From Candidatus Woesearchaeota archaeon (lineage in GTDB: Archaea; Nanobdellota; Nanobdellia; Woesearchaeales; B72-G16), in the NCBI GenBank assembly GCA_003650545.1, contig QMQO01000011.1, positions 1 to 36,139 on the forward strand: DNA of 36,139 nt, given 5' to 3'. The notes under the pieces are model-generated. The model was not told the DNA's origin. It ran no database searches and was given only the letters and a program-made list of their open reading frames with translations. A program made the translations under genes and the position numbers. Within the stretch, counting starts at the first letter, position 1. Each line of letters opens with the position of its first letter. Positions 16,838 through 27,900 of the stretch are shown here, one piece after another.

Positions 16838-17431
16838 TTATCCACAACAGAAGCCATAAGAATTACAACAACTAGATTTAAAACCCGGCATCACATTTTC
16901 CATAACATCACAATAACTTCCTTCGGCTGTGCTACATTGCTCATAACTATAACCAACACCCGGCATGTCTGTCAATAAAACAAAATCTCTATCGCCACTC
17001 TTTGTTACCAAAACCTGTAATTTTTTGCTACCTGCTAAAAAATCACTTGAAATCAATTCGTCCATTGGTACATTCTTAAGTAAAAAAACTCTCTCGCTCA
17101 GGTCATTGAAAGTAAAGACTATCTCAGAATTTATACAGGTTTTAACATCACCAAGACTACCATTGTTATTGTAGCAAAAAACAGAAATATCCATCAAGTT
17201 ATCTGGAAGATCAGCATCTATCGTAATCCTAGAATCTTCACCTTGAAAATAAACCAAGTTGGCATTCTCTTGTATGGCTCTACCAACGATATTTATTCTC
17301 TCTTGACTTATTTGCTTTTGTGAACGCTGGCTAACAGAGATAAACAAACCAAACGCAGATACAATGATTAGCATTGCAAAACCAACTGTTAGCAGATAAT
17401 CCATTGCAGCCTGTGCTTTTCTATGTTTCAT
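16838..17431 (-). CDS. Class III signal-peptide (pilin-like) protein with Cys-rich tail
   Basis: MKHRKA-QAAMDYLLTVGFAMLIIV; VYFQGEDSRITI; ends CCNSYGFCCG. Confidence 0.85.
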   Translation of the reverse strand: MKHRKAQAAMDYLLTVGFAMLIIVSAFGLFISVSQRSQKQISQERINIVGRAIQENANLVYFQGEDSRITIDADLPDNLMDISVFCYNNNGSLGDVKTCINSEIVFTFNDLSERVFLLKNVPMDELISSDFLAGSKKLQVLVTKSGDRDFVLLTDMPGVGYSYEQCSTAEGSYCDVMENVMPGFKSSCCNSYGFCCG

Positions 17432-17432
17432 T

Positions 17433-17885
17433 TTAACTAGAATGTGTTCTTAGATTTCCAACAATTCTGTGGCTTGAACCTGTGAGCGTAATCTTATAAT
17501 CTATGATAAGATCACCATCTAAAACATCACCCTTTTTTATGGTGTCATCGCATGTTACAATTAAACTTCCTGTTTCACTATTTGGGATTACAAGCGCTTC
17601 TGATATTCCTGTGCAATCAAACTCAGCACCATCAACACTAACATTTACTATCTCTATCTCATAGCCCAAACCATTGTAGAACAACAAGGTCAGTTGTGTT
17701 TCCCCATCTGAAGATACAAGACTGGTTCCTTCACATCTGAAATCACTACTAACCTCGCAACGCTCAGGAACAAAACCACTAAAGTCTACAAATGCTAGTA
17801 TAACGCCAATAATAGCTGTAATAACAAGTATTGCCCAACCATATGTAAGCAAGAATTCCATTGCTGCTTGTGCTTTCTTCTTCAA
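17433..17885 (-). CDS. Type IV pilin-like protein (class III signal peptide)
   Basis: Probable TTG start at 17885 after an AAGGTGA RBS; KKKA-QAAMEFLLTYGWAILV. Confidence 0.88.
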   Translation of the reverse strand: MKKKAQAAMEFLLTYGWAILVITAIIGVILAFVDFSGFVPERCEVSSDFRCEGTSLVSSDGETQLTLLFYNGLGYEIEIVNVSVDGAEFDCTGISEALVIPNSETGSLIVTCDDTIKKGDVLDGDLIIDYKITLTGSSHRIVGNLRTHSS

Positions 17886-17994
17886 AATATCACCTTCATA
17901 TTCACACTTAATCACAATTAGAACTAGTTTTATAAACATTTATTATCATTTAAAAGTAGAAAAGGAAAAATAAAACTTTGTAATTTATGGAACT

Positions 17995-18471
17995 CTAAGG
18001 AACTCTAAAGCGGGCAGTTCCTGTATCTCTTATATCAGTTTCTCCAAAGCCAGGGATTCTATATACTATTGTCAGTGATCCTAATACTGAGTCTCCTGAT
18101 TTAAGCTCTATTCCGCCGCTACAACTTCCAGACATGCTTGATCCCTCACCTGCTCTGAGAAGCCCTCCATCATAAAACAGATCGCATTCTATTCCTGCAA
18201 ATTCTGTGTCTGTGCTTGCAACAAACTTTCCACTCTGTGGTATAATACTTGTACTATATATATTCTTAAACAAGACAGTCACACCATTTACATCATCATA
18301 GCTAATATCAACGCAATCAACTTTGCCCCTAACATCACACACGTTTGGCGTAGAAATCCTCGGCATTATGTACAACAAGAAGACACTAATGATAGCCAGC
18401 ACAACTAGGATCGCCCAGCCATACGTAAGCAAGAACTCCATTGCAGTTTGAGCTTTTTTGCTCTTTCTCAT
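17995..18471 (-). CDS. Type IV pilin-like protein (class III signal peptide)
   Basis: GGAGGT RBS; KKA-QTAMEFLLTYGWAILVVL; paralogue of the adjacent pilin. Confidence 0.88.
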   Translation of the reverse strand: MRKSKKAQTAMEFLLTYGWAILVVLAIISVFLLYIMPRISTPNVCDVRGKVDCVDISYDDVNGVTVLFKNIYSTSIIPQSGKFVASTDTEFAGIECDLFYDGGLLRAGEGSSMSGSCSGGIELKSGDSVLGSLTIVYRIPGFGETDIRDTGTARFRVP

Positions 18472-18620
18472 AATTATCTACCTCCTTTTTTGACTATGAT
18501 TTAATGATGATATTACCATTAAATATTTAAATGTTTCTAAATTAGGTTAAGTAACAGCGACTATCATGTAATAGCCTGCTCATCGTTACCATTATAGCTT
18601 TTGGCTGTATTTTGTTGGAT

Positions 18621-18735
18621 ATAAGTATTATTAAGTATTACTAGTTATGTTAAGTATTATTAGTTATTAGTTTTTATGTTAAATTGGTTATGTTAATTTA
18701 AATTAGTTATGTTAATTGTTAAGTATTATTAGTTA
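18621..18735. repeat. Degenerate AT-rich tandem repeat tract
   Basis: Recurrent TAAGTATTA and (A/G)GTTATGTTAA units. Confidence 0.6.
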
Positions 18736-18801
18736 GGTGTTTTTGTTTTATATCAAATCTTTATGCCAAACCTAGACCATATCAATCTAGAATCTAGATA
18801 T

Positions 18802-21201
18802 CTAGATAAAACTAAATATCTTTGCAAAAAACTCTCTTAACCACTCTAAGATTCCTTTCTTGGATTTTTTCTTTACAATCTGCCTGGTTTGAGGAACCTT
18901 AGTAGGTCTTACCTTCTCAATAGCTGTTGAACTGGCTAAATATTTATTATCGTCGAACTCATAACTCAACAAAGCAACACCATAACCTTCCCCTTCATAG
19001 CTAAATATTTTTTTCTCTGCAAAGTTGATTGCAAATGAATATCTTTTGTCACCATCAATAAGCTCTACATTAGTAGCATTTCCTTGATTAAATACTTCGA
19101 TTGTTGTGTTGCCAGCTTCAATGGTCTTTGCGATCATTATGACAGGACCAGTGAGTTTTCCTTTAATAACATCTACATTCATTCTTCCAATCATGCCTGT
19201 ATGCTCTCTCAACAAAGTATCTAAATAACTAAAAACATTCTGTTTAAGTTCAAGCCTCCCTGATTTTTTAGGTCTCATAAGCACCTTAAATCTCTGTCTA
19301 GATCCTTTTGCAAGATTGTCTATCCTGTAGTCCTTTTCGCTATTAACCAGATCAAAGTCAGGTTGTAGTAAATCAATTACGATGTTATTAACAACACAAT
19401 CTCCTGTATTAGTTACTGTATACTCTACCTCTGTTAAGCTACCTTCTACAAATGGTCTAGTCACTCTCCGACTCACACTAAGCCTGGGATTTATCCCTTT
19501 CAAATTGAAAGAGCCCAGCTTTGTTATATTATAAAAATGATCGTCTGCAAAAAATGTTATTTGTGTGCTAATAGCATAATTCTTTATAGAAGCACTCATA
19601 GGTGCGTTCAATTTATATATATATACTGTCTTCTTCTGATTGCCATCGATGTGTGTCCTTGTTGATGTCTTCCCCTCGACCAGTTCAAATGCAGAGTCAT
19701 AGCTATCCATTATGTTAAGATCAGTGAACCTTCTATCTAGCATATTCTCTATCATTGTTCTTATTGTGATAGTTTTTCCTGGACTCAAAACACGAGGTTC
19801 AAAACTTCGAGAGATCTTAAATGCCTCATCTATTGGTATGACAGATACAGAGCTTGTCTTTGAAAACTGCAAGGTTTCTCCAGTTATAGTCTGATAGCTT
19901 CCTTCCATCTTTAAACTATAACTAGTCTTCTTGCTTACTTTAGGTGCCTTGAACTCGATATTAAGAGGGATCCTAGAACCTCCTTCAGAAATAACATCAA
20001 GCATAACAGGTTCAGCATCAAACAAACCAGAAGTAAAATTTACATTTATGTTATAGTATCTTGCAGCCTTATCTGGATTCTCAAGTATAGCCTTAACACT
20101 GCCCTTAAGACCACTACCCAAAACCTTATTTGAAAACTCAATAATGGGTTTTAACTTTTTGCTTTTAACAGTAAACACCTTCTTAACCTTATTGACAAAA
20201 TCTTCACCTTTAGAAGAATATTCAACCTCTAGTAGAATCTCATATCTGCCTAAGTAATTTCCTCGCAACTCTAGCTCAAAGTCTTTTTCATCATACTCGT
20301 CTAACAAAAAGCTTGTTGAGTACTGAGTTGGGTATCTAGCGTCTATTCTTCTAAATCCAGCACTATCCAACACAGACACTAATTTTGGAAGTGTAAGTTT
20401 CACACTCTTAACATCAACATCGCTATCAAGATTATTTATAATTTTCAAAAATAACTTAGACTTCTCCGTTATACCAACGCTTGCAGGAGACAAACTCATA
20501 TCAATCTTTAGCAAAGCTTCTGTCCTATACCAATTAGTGATAGTCAAGCTTCTCTCTGTGCTAGCATAAACATACCTTGTTTCAGCTTTCACCTTCGCAT
20601 CCAGCTCAGAGTCAACCCTGAAAGTGTATGTGAATGACATAGCCCTTCTTCCACCGATAGTTTTCTTCCACATCAATTTTCTGCCATATAAATAAGCACC
20701 ATTCGTGACTTCTACGATACTAATCCCCTCAGGCAAGATCTCTTCATATGTAACATCTGATGCAGCCTCTTCGCCTCTATTCTCTATAACAACTGTCGCT
20801 TTAACCTCATCCCCCACAAAGAGTTTTTTCTTATCTAACGTTCTTTCAACCTTAATCTTCGGCGCATAAGAGTAAACTACAAGCTTAAGCGCAGGGTAGC
20901 CTTTATTAGTTATAGGGTCTATTTTCAGGTCCTCTGGCGCATAAGATACATTAGTAAAGCAAAATCTGTACTGTCCATCAGGAGAGTCCTCACAGCTTCC
21001 GATATCAACAACAAAAGACTGTTCATCAAACAACACTATTTTTGTGTCATACTGATCTGTTGATATAGTATAGATATTATCGTCAATTTCAATTGTATCG
21101 TCTTTGTAAACCTTCCTGTCAAAAATTTTTTCATCTGCACAAGCAGCACAAACAAAAACCAACAATACATACAGAAACATTAACACATTTACTGTTTTCA
21201 T
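18802..21201 (-). CDS. Secreted multi-Ig-like (DUF11/BatD-like) protein
   Basis: Start at 21201 gives an ATGA overlap with the upstream stop and a signal peptide; repeated motifs such as VGDEVKATVVIENRGEEAASDVTYEEILP and VEYTVTNTGD; amphipathic C-terminus ILEWLREFFAKIF. Confidence 0.8.
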   Translation of the reverse strand: MKTVNVLMFLYVLLVFVCAACADEKIFDRKVYKDDTIEIDDNIYTISTDQYDTKIVLFDEQSFVVDIGSCEDSPDGQYRFCFTNVSYAPEDLKIDPITNKGYPALKLVVYSYAPKIKVERTLDKKKLFVGDEVKATVVIENRGEEAASDVTYEEILPEGISIVEVTNGAYLYGRKLMWKKTIGGRRAMSFTYTFRVDSELDAKVKAETRYVYASTERSLTITNWYRTEALLKIDMSLSPASVGITEKSKLFLKIINNLDSDVDVKSVKLTLPKLVSVLDSAGFRRIDARYPTQYSTSFLLDEYDEKDFELELRGNYLGRYEILLEVEYSSKGEDFVNKVKKVFTVKSKKLKPIIEFSNKVLGSGLKGSVKAILENPDKAARYYNINVNFTSGLFDAEPVMLDVISEGGSRIPLNIEFKAPKVSKKTSYSLKMEGSYQTITGETLQFSKTSSVSVIPIDEAFKISRSFEPRVLSPGKTITIRTMIENMLDRRFTDLNIMDSYDSAFELVEGKTSTRTHIDGNQKKTVYIYKLNAPMSASIKNYAISTQITFFADDHFYNITKLGSFNLKGINPRLSVSRRVTRPFVEGSLTEVEYTVTNTGDCVVNNIVIDLLQPDFDLVNSEKDYRIDNLAKGSRQRFKVLMRPKKSGRLELKQNVFSYLDTLLREHTGMIGRMNVDVIKGKLTGPVIMIAKTIEAGNTTIEVFNQGNATNVELIDGDKRYSFAINFAEKKIFSYEGEGYGVALLSYEFDDNKYLASSTAIEKVRPTKVPQTRQIVKKKSKKGILEWLREFFAKIFSFI

Positions 21202-22517
21202 CCGAATTGCAACCCTCCAAAGAACAATCCAAATACCCACATAGCGATTTGATACACAACCAAACCAACAACAACGTTTAATGGGATGTATTTGACTCCT
21301 GAGCGAATATTCCCTGAGCGAATAATGGACACGATCATTGTTGCAAAAAATGTGATTATGACGATACTTAGCCTAGAGAAATTAACAAAATCAGGCAACT
21401 GGATTGCGGGCTCTGTTGATACCTGAATAAAACTAGTTGTTGTCATTGTGGTACCAAGAGTCTTTGTGAACCCAGTGATCAATCTTAATAGCTGATAAGC
21501 CATTGCAAATAAGAATGGTGCAACCAACATCACAATAAATGAAACGAAAAACACATAATTCATTGAGGTTGTTCTTATTTCTTCTCTTAAATTAGAAGTA
21601 TCACGCAGATTCTCCACAACACCATCTATGATGTCTGACATTCTGCCTCCTCCCCTAATACCTTCTGTTATCAACACAAAAGATCTTCTTAATGTGGGGG
21701 ATTTATACTTCTCAGTAAACTCTGTTAAAGCTTTTTCGACACTGGCACCTGTTGCCACCTTTTTTGAAGCAATTCTGATTTCAGCGGCAAGTACATCAAA
21801 CTCTGGTCTGACTGCTTTCCACAATGCTTGGTCAAAAGACATCCCTGCTCTCAAGTTTTCACCAACAAATTGCAGAAAATCTGGCAGAACCTTTTCTATC
21901 TTTTTTGTTCTGTTGTAGATCTTCACATCATACCCATAATAGATAAGCAGCATAAAGAATAATGCGATAACAAGTTGCACAAAAACCCAAGAAACAAACG
22001 TAAACACCAGGAGTCTTAAGACTTCCAAACCAGAAACTCTATAATCAGGATTAATTGCTCCGACATCTATTTTGTAACGATCCCACTCAACATCCTCAAA
22101 AGAAACTTCAAATGATTTCGTGCCTTTTGCGGGAATATCTACTCTAATTCTATCCTTGTATGTGCCTGCCAGTATTTCAGTGTTACCTCTTCCTCTATTA
22201 TACACATTCACAGTTATTAGTGCGTTTTCAACTGTAAAACCACGTTTATTCTCGAGCACACCAGTAACAACTAATTCTTTTGTCGCAAACAAAGTTGCGT
22301 CAACACTATCGTCAACCACAACTAGTGTATGTGTAGTTAATGCTGGATAAACTGCAAGAACATATATCAGCAAGGTAAGCACAAAGCTAACATAGAAAAG
22401 CACACCAAATGTTTTATATGGAATCTCAGCCTTCCCTGCTTTGAGAAAATATTTCCTCATCCCTGGGCGTAAAAATGTCGGTGTAAATGCCTTTCCTAGT
22501 TGTTCTGTTAATCCCAT
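21198..22517 (-). CDS. Type II/IV secretion F-family platform protein (TadC/FlaJ-like) with an inserted extracellular domain
   Basis: IEKVLPDFLQFVGENLRAGMSFDQAL...EFDVLAAEI...GASVEKAL T2SSF signature; multiple TM helices. Confidence 0.9.
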   Translation of the reverse strand: MGLTEQLGKAFTPTFLRPGMRKYFLKAGKAEIPYKTFGVLFYVSFVLTLLIYVLAVYPALTTHTLVVVDDSVDATLFATKELVVTGVLENKRGFTVENALITVNVYNRGRGNTEILAGTYKDRIRVDIPAKGTKSFEVSFEDVEWDRYKIDVGAINPDYRVSGLEVLRLLVFTFVSWVFVQLVIALFFMLLIYYGYDVKIYNRTKKIEKVLPDFLQFVGENLRAGMSFDQALWKAVRPEFDVLAAEIRIASKKVATGASVEKALTEFTEKYKSPTLRRSFVLITEGIRGGGRMSDIIDGVVENLRDTSNLREEIRTTSMNYVFFVSFIVMLVAPFLFAMAYQLLRLITGFTKTLGTTMTTTSFIQVSTEPAIQLPDFVNFSRLSIVIITFFATMIVSIIRSGNIRSGVKYIPLNVVVGLVVYQIAMWVFGLFFGGLQFG

Positions 22518-23338
22518 CAGATGTTCACCGTTGGTTTTATCTGCCTAAATAGTGATATAAACATGAATTGTATGAAAGCTAGCATCGTCAAAATAAGTGC
22601 TAGCATACTCCAGTTCACTCTGATACCTGGCAAGAAACTTAGTATTGCCGAAAGCATGGTCAATCCTAAAGAAGGTATAACAACTGCAAGTATAAGATAA
22701 AACATTGCCAAAGAGTTTAGCTTTTTACCATACGCTCTAATCTGCCTCATCTGTTCTGTAGTTATCTGTTCAAGTATAGTCCTTAAAGCTTTTGTTGTAT
22801 CTGTACCTGTTCTAAGTGCATTTATAATCTGCCACAGTATTTTTTTAAAACCTTCTGAAGGTGTATTTCTTGCTGCTTTTTCCAGAGCTTCTTCTAAAGG
22901 AGTTCCGAGATTTACATCATCTACTATTTCCTTAAAAAATTGACCTGCAACACCATAGCTTTTACTCGCATCTTCTATAGCATTAAAAAAGGGCACACCA
23001 GATTGCATCTTAACAAGTAAATACTGACCTGCAAACAACACTTCCCTATCAACAGCGCGTTTTCTTTTAAGTATATAAACACGTGGTGTTTGCATTATAA
23101 AAAAGAAGCCAAAAGCATAAACAATGATAAATATGAGTATCGCAAATAAGATATTTTTCTCGAACTTTAATAAAAAAAGCACACCAAGAAAAGTAAAAAC
23201 AAGAGCACCATAGAGCGGCACCAAGAGATTTTTCTTTGCAAAATACTCTGGTGTCTGTTTGACGTGTGCAATCTTTAGATCGCGTTCTATTTTAGGAAAT
23301 ACCCTTAAATAAGCCTTGATCAGCCCGATGATAACCAC
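22517..23338 (-). CDS. Type II/IV secretion F-family platform protein (TadB-like)
   Basis: VDREVLFAGQYLLVKMQSGVPFFNAI...GTPLEEALEKA...PSEGFKKILWQIINALRTG; four TM segments. Confidence 0.9.
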   Translation of the reverse strand: MVIIGLIKAYLRVFPKIERDLKIAHVKQTPEYFAKKNLLVPLYGALVFTFLGVLFLLKFEKNILFAILIFIIVYAFGFFFIMQTPRVYILKRKRAVDREVLFAGQYLLVKMQSGVPFFNAIEDASKSYGVAGQFFKEIVDDVNLGTPLEEALEKAARNTPSEGFKKILWQIINALRTGTDTTKALRTILEQITTEQMRQIRAYGKKLNSLAMFYLILAVVIPSLGLTMLSAILSFLPGIRVNWSMLALILTMLAFIQFMFISLFRQIKPTVNI

Positions 23339-23470
23339 CTATTTGTATAAACTTTTTCATGAATTTTTTCATTGTCAAGGAAAAATTTTTTTTTACTTTT
23401 TTTCTAATGAATGAGCTATTTTTGACACATATACGCCATGAGTAAACGCAGCTTTTTTTTGTAATAAAAA

Positions 23471-24934
23471 TTACAATCTTCCAGTATAATATTTAGCAAA
23501 TATCATTCCTACTTCATGAACATCAGTTATATTACGTTTAACAAGCCATTGCAGAATCCTTATTTTCTCATTTAAATCTGATTTCATCTCTTGCCTGGTC
23601 ATTCCTGTGTAAAGGTTCAATGTTTCAAACGCTGTTATCGATTCCCTAAGTTTCTTTATCCTATCAGTTCTGGGATCAAGCTGCATCAACACACGCGGAT
23701 CACCTCCGGGAGTAATCTCTGCAAATTGCAAAGTTCGTCTCAAGTTAGTTCTTCTATTTCTATTTTGCACAAGGATCAATGATAGTGCTGGCAGAACTGC
23801 TTTGGGAACATTTATCGGTGGTGTTGTTAAACGCGTTATGGTTTCTTCAGCGTTATTGGCGTGAATTGTGCCATAAACGCTATGACCTGTGTGCATTGCC
23901 TCAAACAGAACCTCTGCTTCTTTCTGCCTTCTAATTTCTCCTACAATAATCCTATCAGGTCTCATTCTAAGCGAGTTGACAACTAGATCTAGCATGCTAA
24001 CCCCACCTTTTCCTTCCGGATTCGGCAGTCTTGTTGCCATTGGCACCCAATGCAATGATTTTGGCAAGGTCAACTCGCGTGTATCTTCTATAGATATAAC
24101 CCTTTGATTTGGTGGGATAAAATTAGCAGCAACATTTAACATAGAAGTTTTACCACTCCCAGTACCGCCGGCTACCAGAACACTTAGCTCGTGTTGAATT
24201 GCCAACCATAAGAATGCTGCAGCATCATAATCTATTGTTTTTAGTCTTAGGAAATCTGTAATCGTCCATGGCTTTACTGCAAATTTTCTTATTGTGATTG
24301 TATTACCTCGATCTGAGATGGGCATAAGAGTAGCGTTAACCCTGTCTCCTGTCAACAAATGGGCATCTAGCAATGGATTCAAAGTTGTAATCTCTTTACC
24401 AACATCCCTTGCAATCATTGTTGCATAATGTCTTGTTTTTTCTTCATTCGGCATGTAGATATTTGTTTTCAGCCATCCAAACTTTTTATGATAAACATAC
24501 ACAGGTTCTTTAGATGAATTTACAACCACCTCTTCTAGATTAGGGTCCTTTAACAATAGCTCAACATCACCCAGACCAATATTTTGTCTTATTATATATT
24601 CTATCAACAAATTCGAAGTGCGTTCATCAACGGTTGGAAAATACTTCTTGATTAATCGGGTTATTTCTTTTTTAAACTTTGATTTTATAGTTTCTATACC
24701 AGTTATGTCAACTATCTCTGCTTTTGGCAAAGTTATCTTAGAAACAAACTCTTCTCTGATTTTCTCCAATATCAGAGCGGTTGTCTTGCTCACATTCAAC
24801 ACAGAACTCGTATAAGTTGGAACAAAATCATCAGGATGTTGATAAATCTTAACATCGATTACAGTATCACCAACCCGTATCTCGTAGGCATCAAGTTGTT
24901 TTACTTTTGTATCATTTGTTTCTTCTTTTACCAT
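23471..24934 (-). CDS. Type IV pilus assembly ATPase (TadA/CpaF/VirB11 family)
   Basis: Walker A GGTGSGKTS, Asp box SIEDTREL, LRMRPDRIIVGE (Walker B), His box HTGH...GTIHAN; probable start 24934 after an AGGTG RBS. Confidence 0.95.
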   Translation of the reverse strand: MVKEETNDTKVKQLDAYEIRVGDTVIDVKIYQHPDDFVPTYTSSVLNVSKTTALILEKIREEFVSKITLPKAEIVDITGIETIKSKFKKEITRLIKKYFPTVDERTSNLLIEYIIRQNIGLGDVELLLKDPNLEEVVVNSSKEPVYVYHKKFGWLKTNIYMPNEEKTRHYATMIARDVGKEITTLNPLLDAHLLTGDRVNATLMPISDRGNTITIRKFAVKPWTITDFLRLKTIDYDAAAFLWLAIQHELSVLVAGGTGSGKTSMLNVAANFIPPNQRVISIEDTRELTLPKSLHWVPMATRLPNPEGKGGVSMLDLVVNSLRMRPDRIIVGEIRRQKEAEVLFEAMHTGHSVYGTIHANNAEETITRLTTPPINVPKAVLPALSLILVQNRNRRTNLRRTLQFAEITPGGDPRVLMQLDPRTDRIKKLRESITAFETLNLYTGMTRQEMKSDLNEKIRILQWLVKRNITDVHEVGMIFAKYYTGRL

Positions 24935-24942
24935 TTTAACAC

Positions 24943-27900
24943 CTATTTCAGGCCAAGCTTTTTCCAATACTGCTCTCTGGCTTCTGCTCTTTTTTTAGCT
25001 TTAAGACTCAGTTTTTTTCCACTTACAACAGACTGCTTTGCTCTTACACCCAGGCGACCATATCTCTCTAGAAGTTCTTCACGTTCCCTTATTCTAGAAG
25101 CCGCTCCTTCGGGTGTAATTATTTTTGTCTCTCTAACCGGAGCTGGTTTAACATCAACTTTTTTAAATAGACTGATATGTTTTGGCCTTGAGTACTTGGT
25201 ACGCATCTCTTCGCGTTCTTCTATTCTAGCCATTTTTCTATTGGAAGTCTCCATAGTCTCCACTTTTACAACTTTCTCTTCTGGTGTCTCTGACGATTCT
25301 TCCATTGTTACCTCTGTAGGTGTCTTCTTAGACACACCAGAGAATAATCCCTTTTTTACAGATGCCTCAGCTTCAAGCTCCTTTTTCTTTTGCTTTATAA
25401 TCTCTCTTAGCTGTTTAACACGCTTTAACTCTTCCAGCAACAAAGCACGTTCAATTTTTCTTGCCTTAACTTTTTTCTTTTGCTCTTCTTTTTTCTTAAG
25501 TTCCTCTGGTTTAATAATCTCTTCTACTTCTTTGACTTCAGCAGCAATTTCCTTAATTTTTCTCTTTGGTGTGATTTTTGCTTTGATTCTTTTTGGTTCC
25601 ACTTTAGCCTTTTGAACTTTGAATTTTTCTTCTATACTAGGAATCTCTGCTTCTTCTTTCTCAAGCCGTGCTATTGACTCTGAACCTGTCTTGTATTTCT
25701 CTAAAATAAGCGCACGTTCAAGCGACCTTGCAGATAGAAATTCGGGCTTAGGTTCAGCCAGTTCAGTCTTACGTTTCTCAAGCTTTTCAATCTGTGCAAG
25801 CCGTGCTGCCCTTTCCTTCTTGCGCTTAAGTATCATCTCGCGTTCCATTTTCTTAACTATGGACGGTTCAAGTTTCACTTTTTTCTTTGGTACACCCTTG
25901 CTATACAAAAGGTATTTCTTATTAACAAAGTCAAGTAATGGCTTATCCTCGGTTGTATCGCGCAGCTTTGTCTTCATATAGTTTATCTCTTGAAGAATCT
26001 TTGTGACCTTCTTATCATCATCCTTGTATTTGTCTAGCTGCAGTGCTTTATTATAAAGCTCAATTTTATCATGCAAAGCAAGAATTTCTTCCCTTATTTT
26101 AGGTCTCATGCTAACAAATCCAACAGGCAATTTATTAAAAACATCAACAATCTTCGTATAAATTGACTCGATGTCTTCAAAATCATTTTGTTCTATATTT
26201 TTATGTATTTGCACCATCAGCCTAAGCATCTCATCATATTTACGATTTACATCAGGACCAATCTTTGTTAATAATTCCATATCAGAAGCAGATAATATTC
26301 TCTTATAAAACTCAGATAGCTTAACATGCACATCTACTTTCATATCAAGAAATCCCTTTGGAATATCATTATATAAAACTAAAGCTTCAGAATAATATTC
26401 GTGCGCAAGATCAATCTGTTTCCTTCTAAGACAACGGTCTATTCTCCTCATCATAGTTAAAATTTCTTTCAGTATATTATGTGCTCGTTCTGTCTCAACC
26501 TTGTATCTTAAAGATTGTAAATTATTACTAGTTTTAATCAGACGGGATTCAACCTCTGTCTTTTTTTTCAAAAAACCTTCAGGAAGTTCTTTAAATTCTT
26601 GTTTAGCTTTCTCAATAAGCCTATTTGCCACATCGAATTTCTTGTGCGCTATCTGTCTGTCCGCATCATTCAATAAAGATTCTATTTGTAAGAGTCTATG
26701 GCTCGATTCATCTATTGCATATTTAATTTTTAGGTTGATAAGAGACTCGTGCAACCTTAGGATTTTTTCTTCCAAAGCAATTCTTTCTTTTATAAATCCT
26801 GCTGGCAAAGATATAAAAATCTCCTTAATCTGGCTGAAGAGTGTATCCGCTGTTTTGACATCGCGCTTATTTATTGCTGCTTGTGCCTTGACAAGAAGAT
26901 TTTCTATCTCTCTTGACTTAGCTTTCATAATCTTAGAATAGCGTTTAATTCTAAGATTAATCAATGAATCGTGTAATTGAAAAAGTTTTTTCTCCATTGT
27001 TGATCTCTGTTTCAGAAAACCAGTTGGCAGTTTTCCAAACAAAACTTTTGCATCTTCTAACAGTTTCTTACTTTGCTTGAAATCGTCATGTTTTATCGAA
27101 GCCTTTACCTGCTTAAGAATATTATCAATCTCAGCTGATTTAACACTCATCTCATACGATAAGGCTTTATCAACACCAAGGAATAGATCCTTATTCACTT
27201 TTATCATATCGTAAAGGTATTCGCGTTTTTTCTCGATGAATTTATCAGGCAACTTCTGAAACTCTTGTTTCATTTTAGAATAAAGATTTTTTGCGGTTTT
27301 GAAACGTTTTTTTGCAATTGCAGCCTCTGCTTGCTGGAATAGTTTTGTAAAGTTGTCTAAAATCTTAGTCTCCTCTGAAGGCCTCTGAGGTGCTTTAAGT
27401 TTTTTTGCTATCTTTACTATCTCTTCGCTTGGCCCTTCTTTTATAACTTTACGCTCAACTCCTTTTTTGATTGATTTGATTGCTGGCTTAATCACAGGTT
27501 TAATCGTTGCTGTTGGTTTTGCTTTCATTATTTTTGGTCTTTTGATTTCTTTCCCAAGTTTAACTTCTTTCCCAAGTTCTTGCTCAACCTCTTCTGCAGC
27601 TAATTCGTGCTCAACAGCCCTTTCTGCTGAAATCTCTGCCCTTGGCTCTTTTATTTCATAAACCTTTGCAACCTTTCCTTTCTTTATAACTTCTTTTACC
27701 TCTACTTTTTCTTTTTTTAGCTCTGGCGCTGCCCTACCCTCTAGCCTGATCTCTTCAGGCACTATTTTTTTCACTTCTACATATTTAAGTATTGGCTTTG
27801 TAAAACTATAAACAATCTTAAGCATACCCTCTTCTTCAAGAAAAGTTGCCCATGCTTCTATTGTATTAGCACTTATGCCAAGTTCTTTTGAAGCATCTTG

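Noticed and set aside
18621..18735. CRISPR array
   Set aside because: Units are 9-12 bp, degenerate and lack unique spacers; no cas genes.
16838..24934. Archaellum or conjugative type IV secretion system
   Set aside because: No FlaH/FlaF/FlaG or archaellin signature and no VirB4, VirD4 or relaxase. Two separate F-family genes plus pilins fit a Tad-like pilus.
24836..26941. Plus-strand ORFs of 259, 120 and 146 aa (and similar short antisense ORFs throughout)
   Set aside because: They are S/F/L-rich shadows of K/E-rich genes on the opposite strand, with no motifs.
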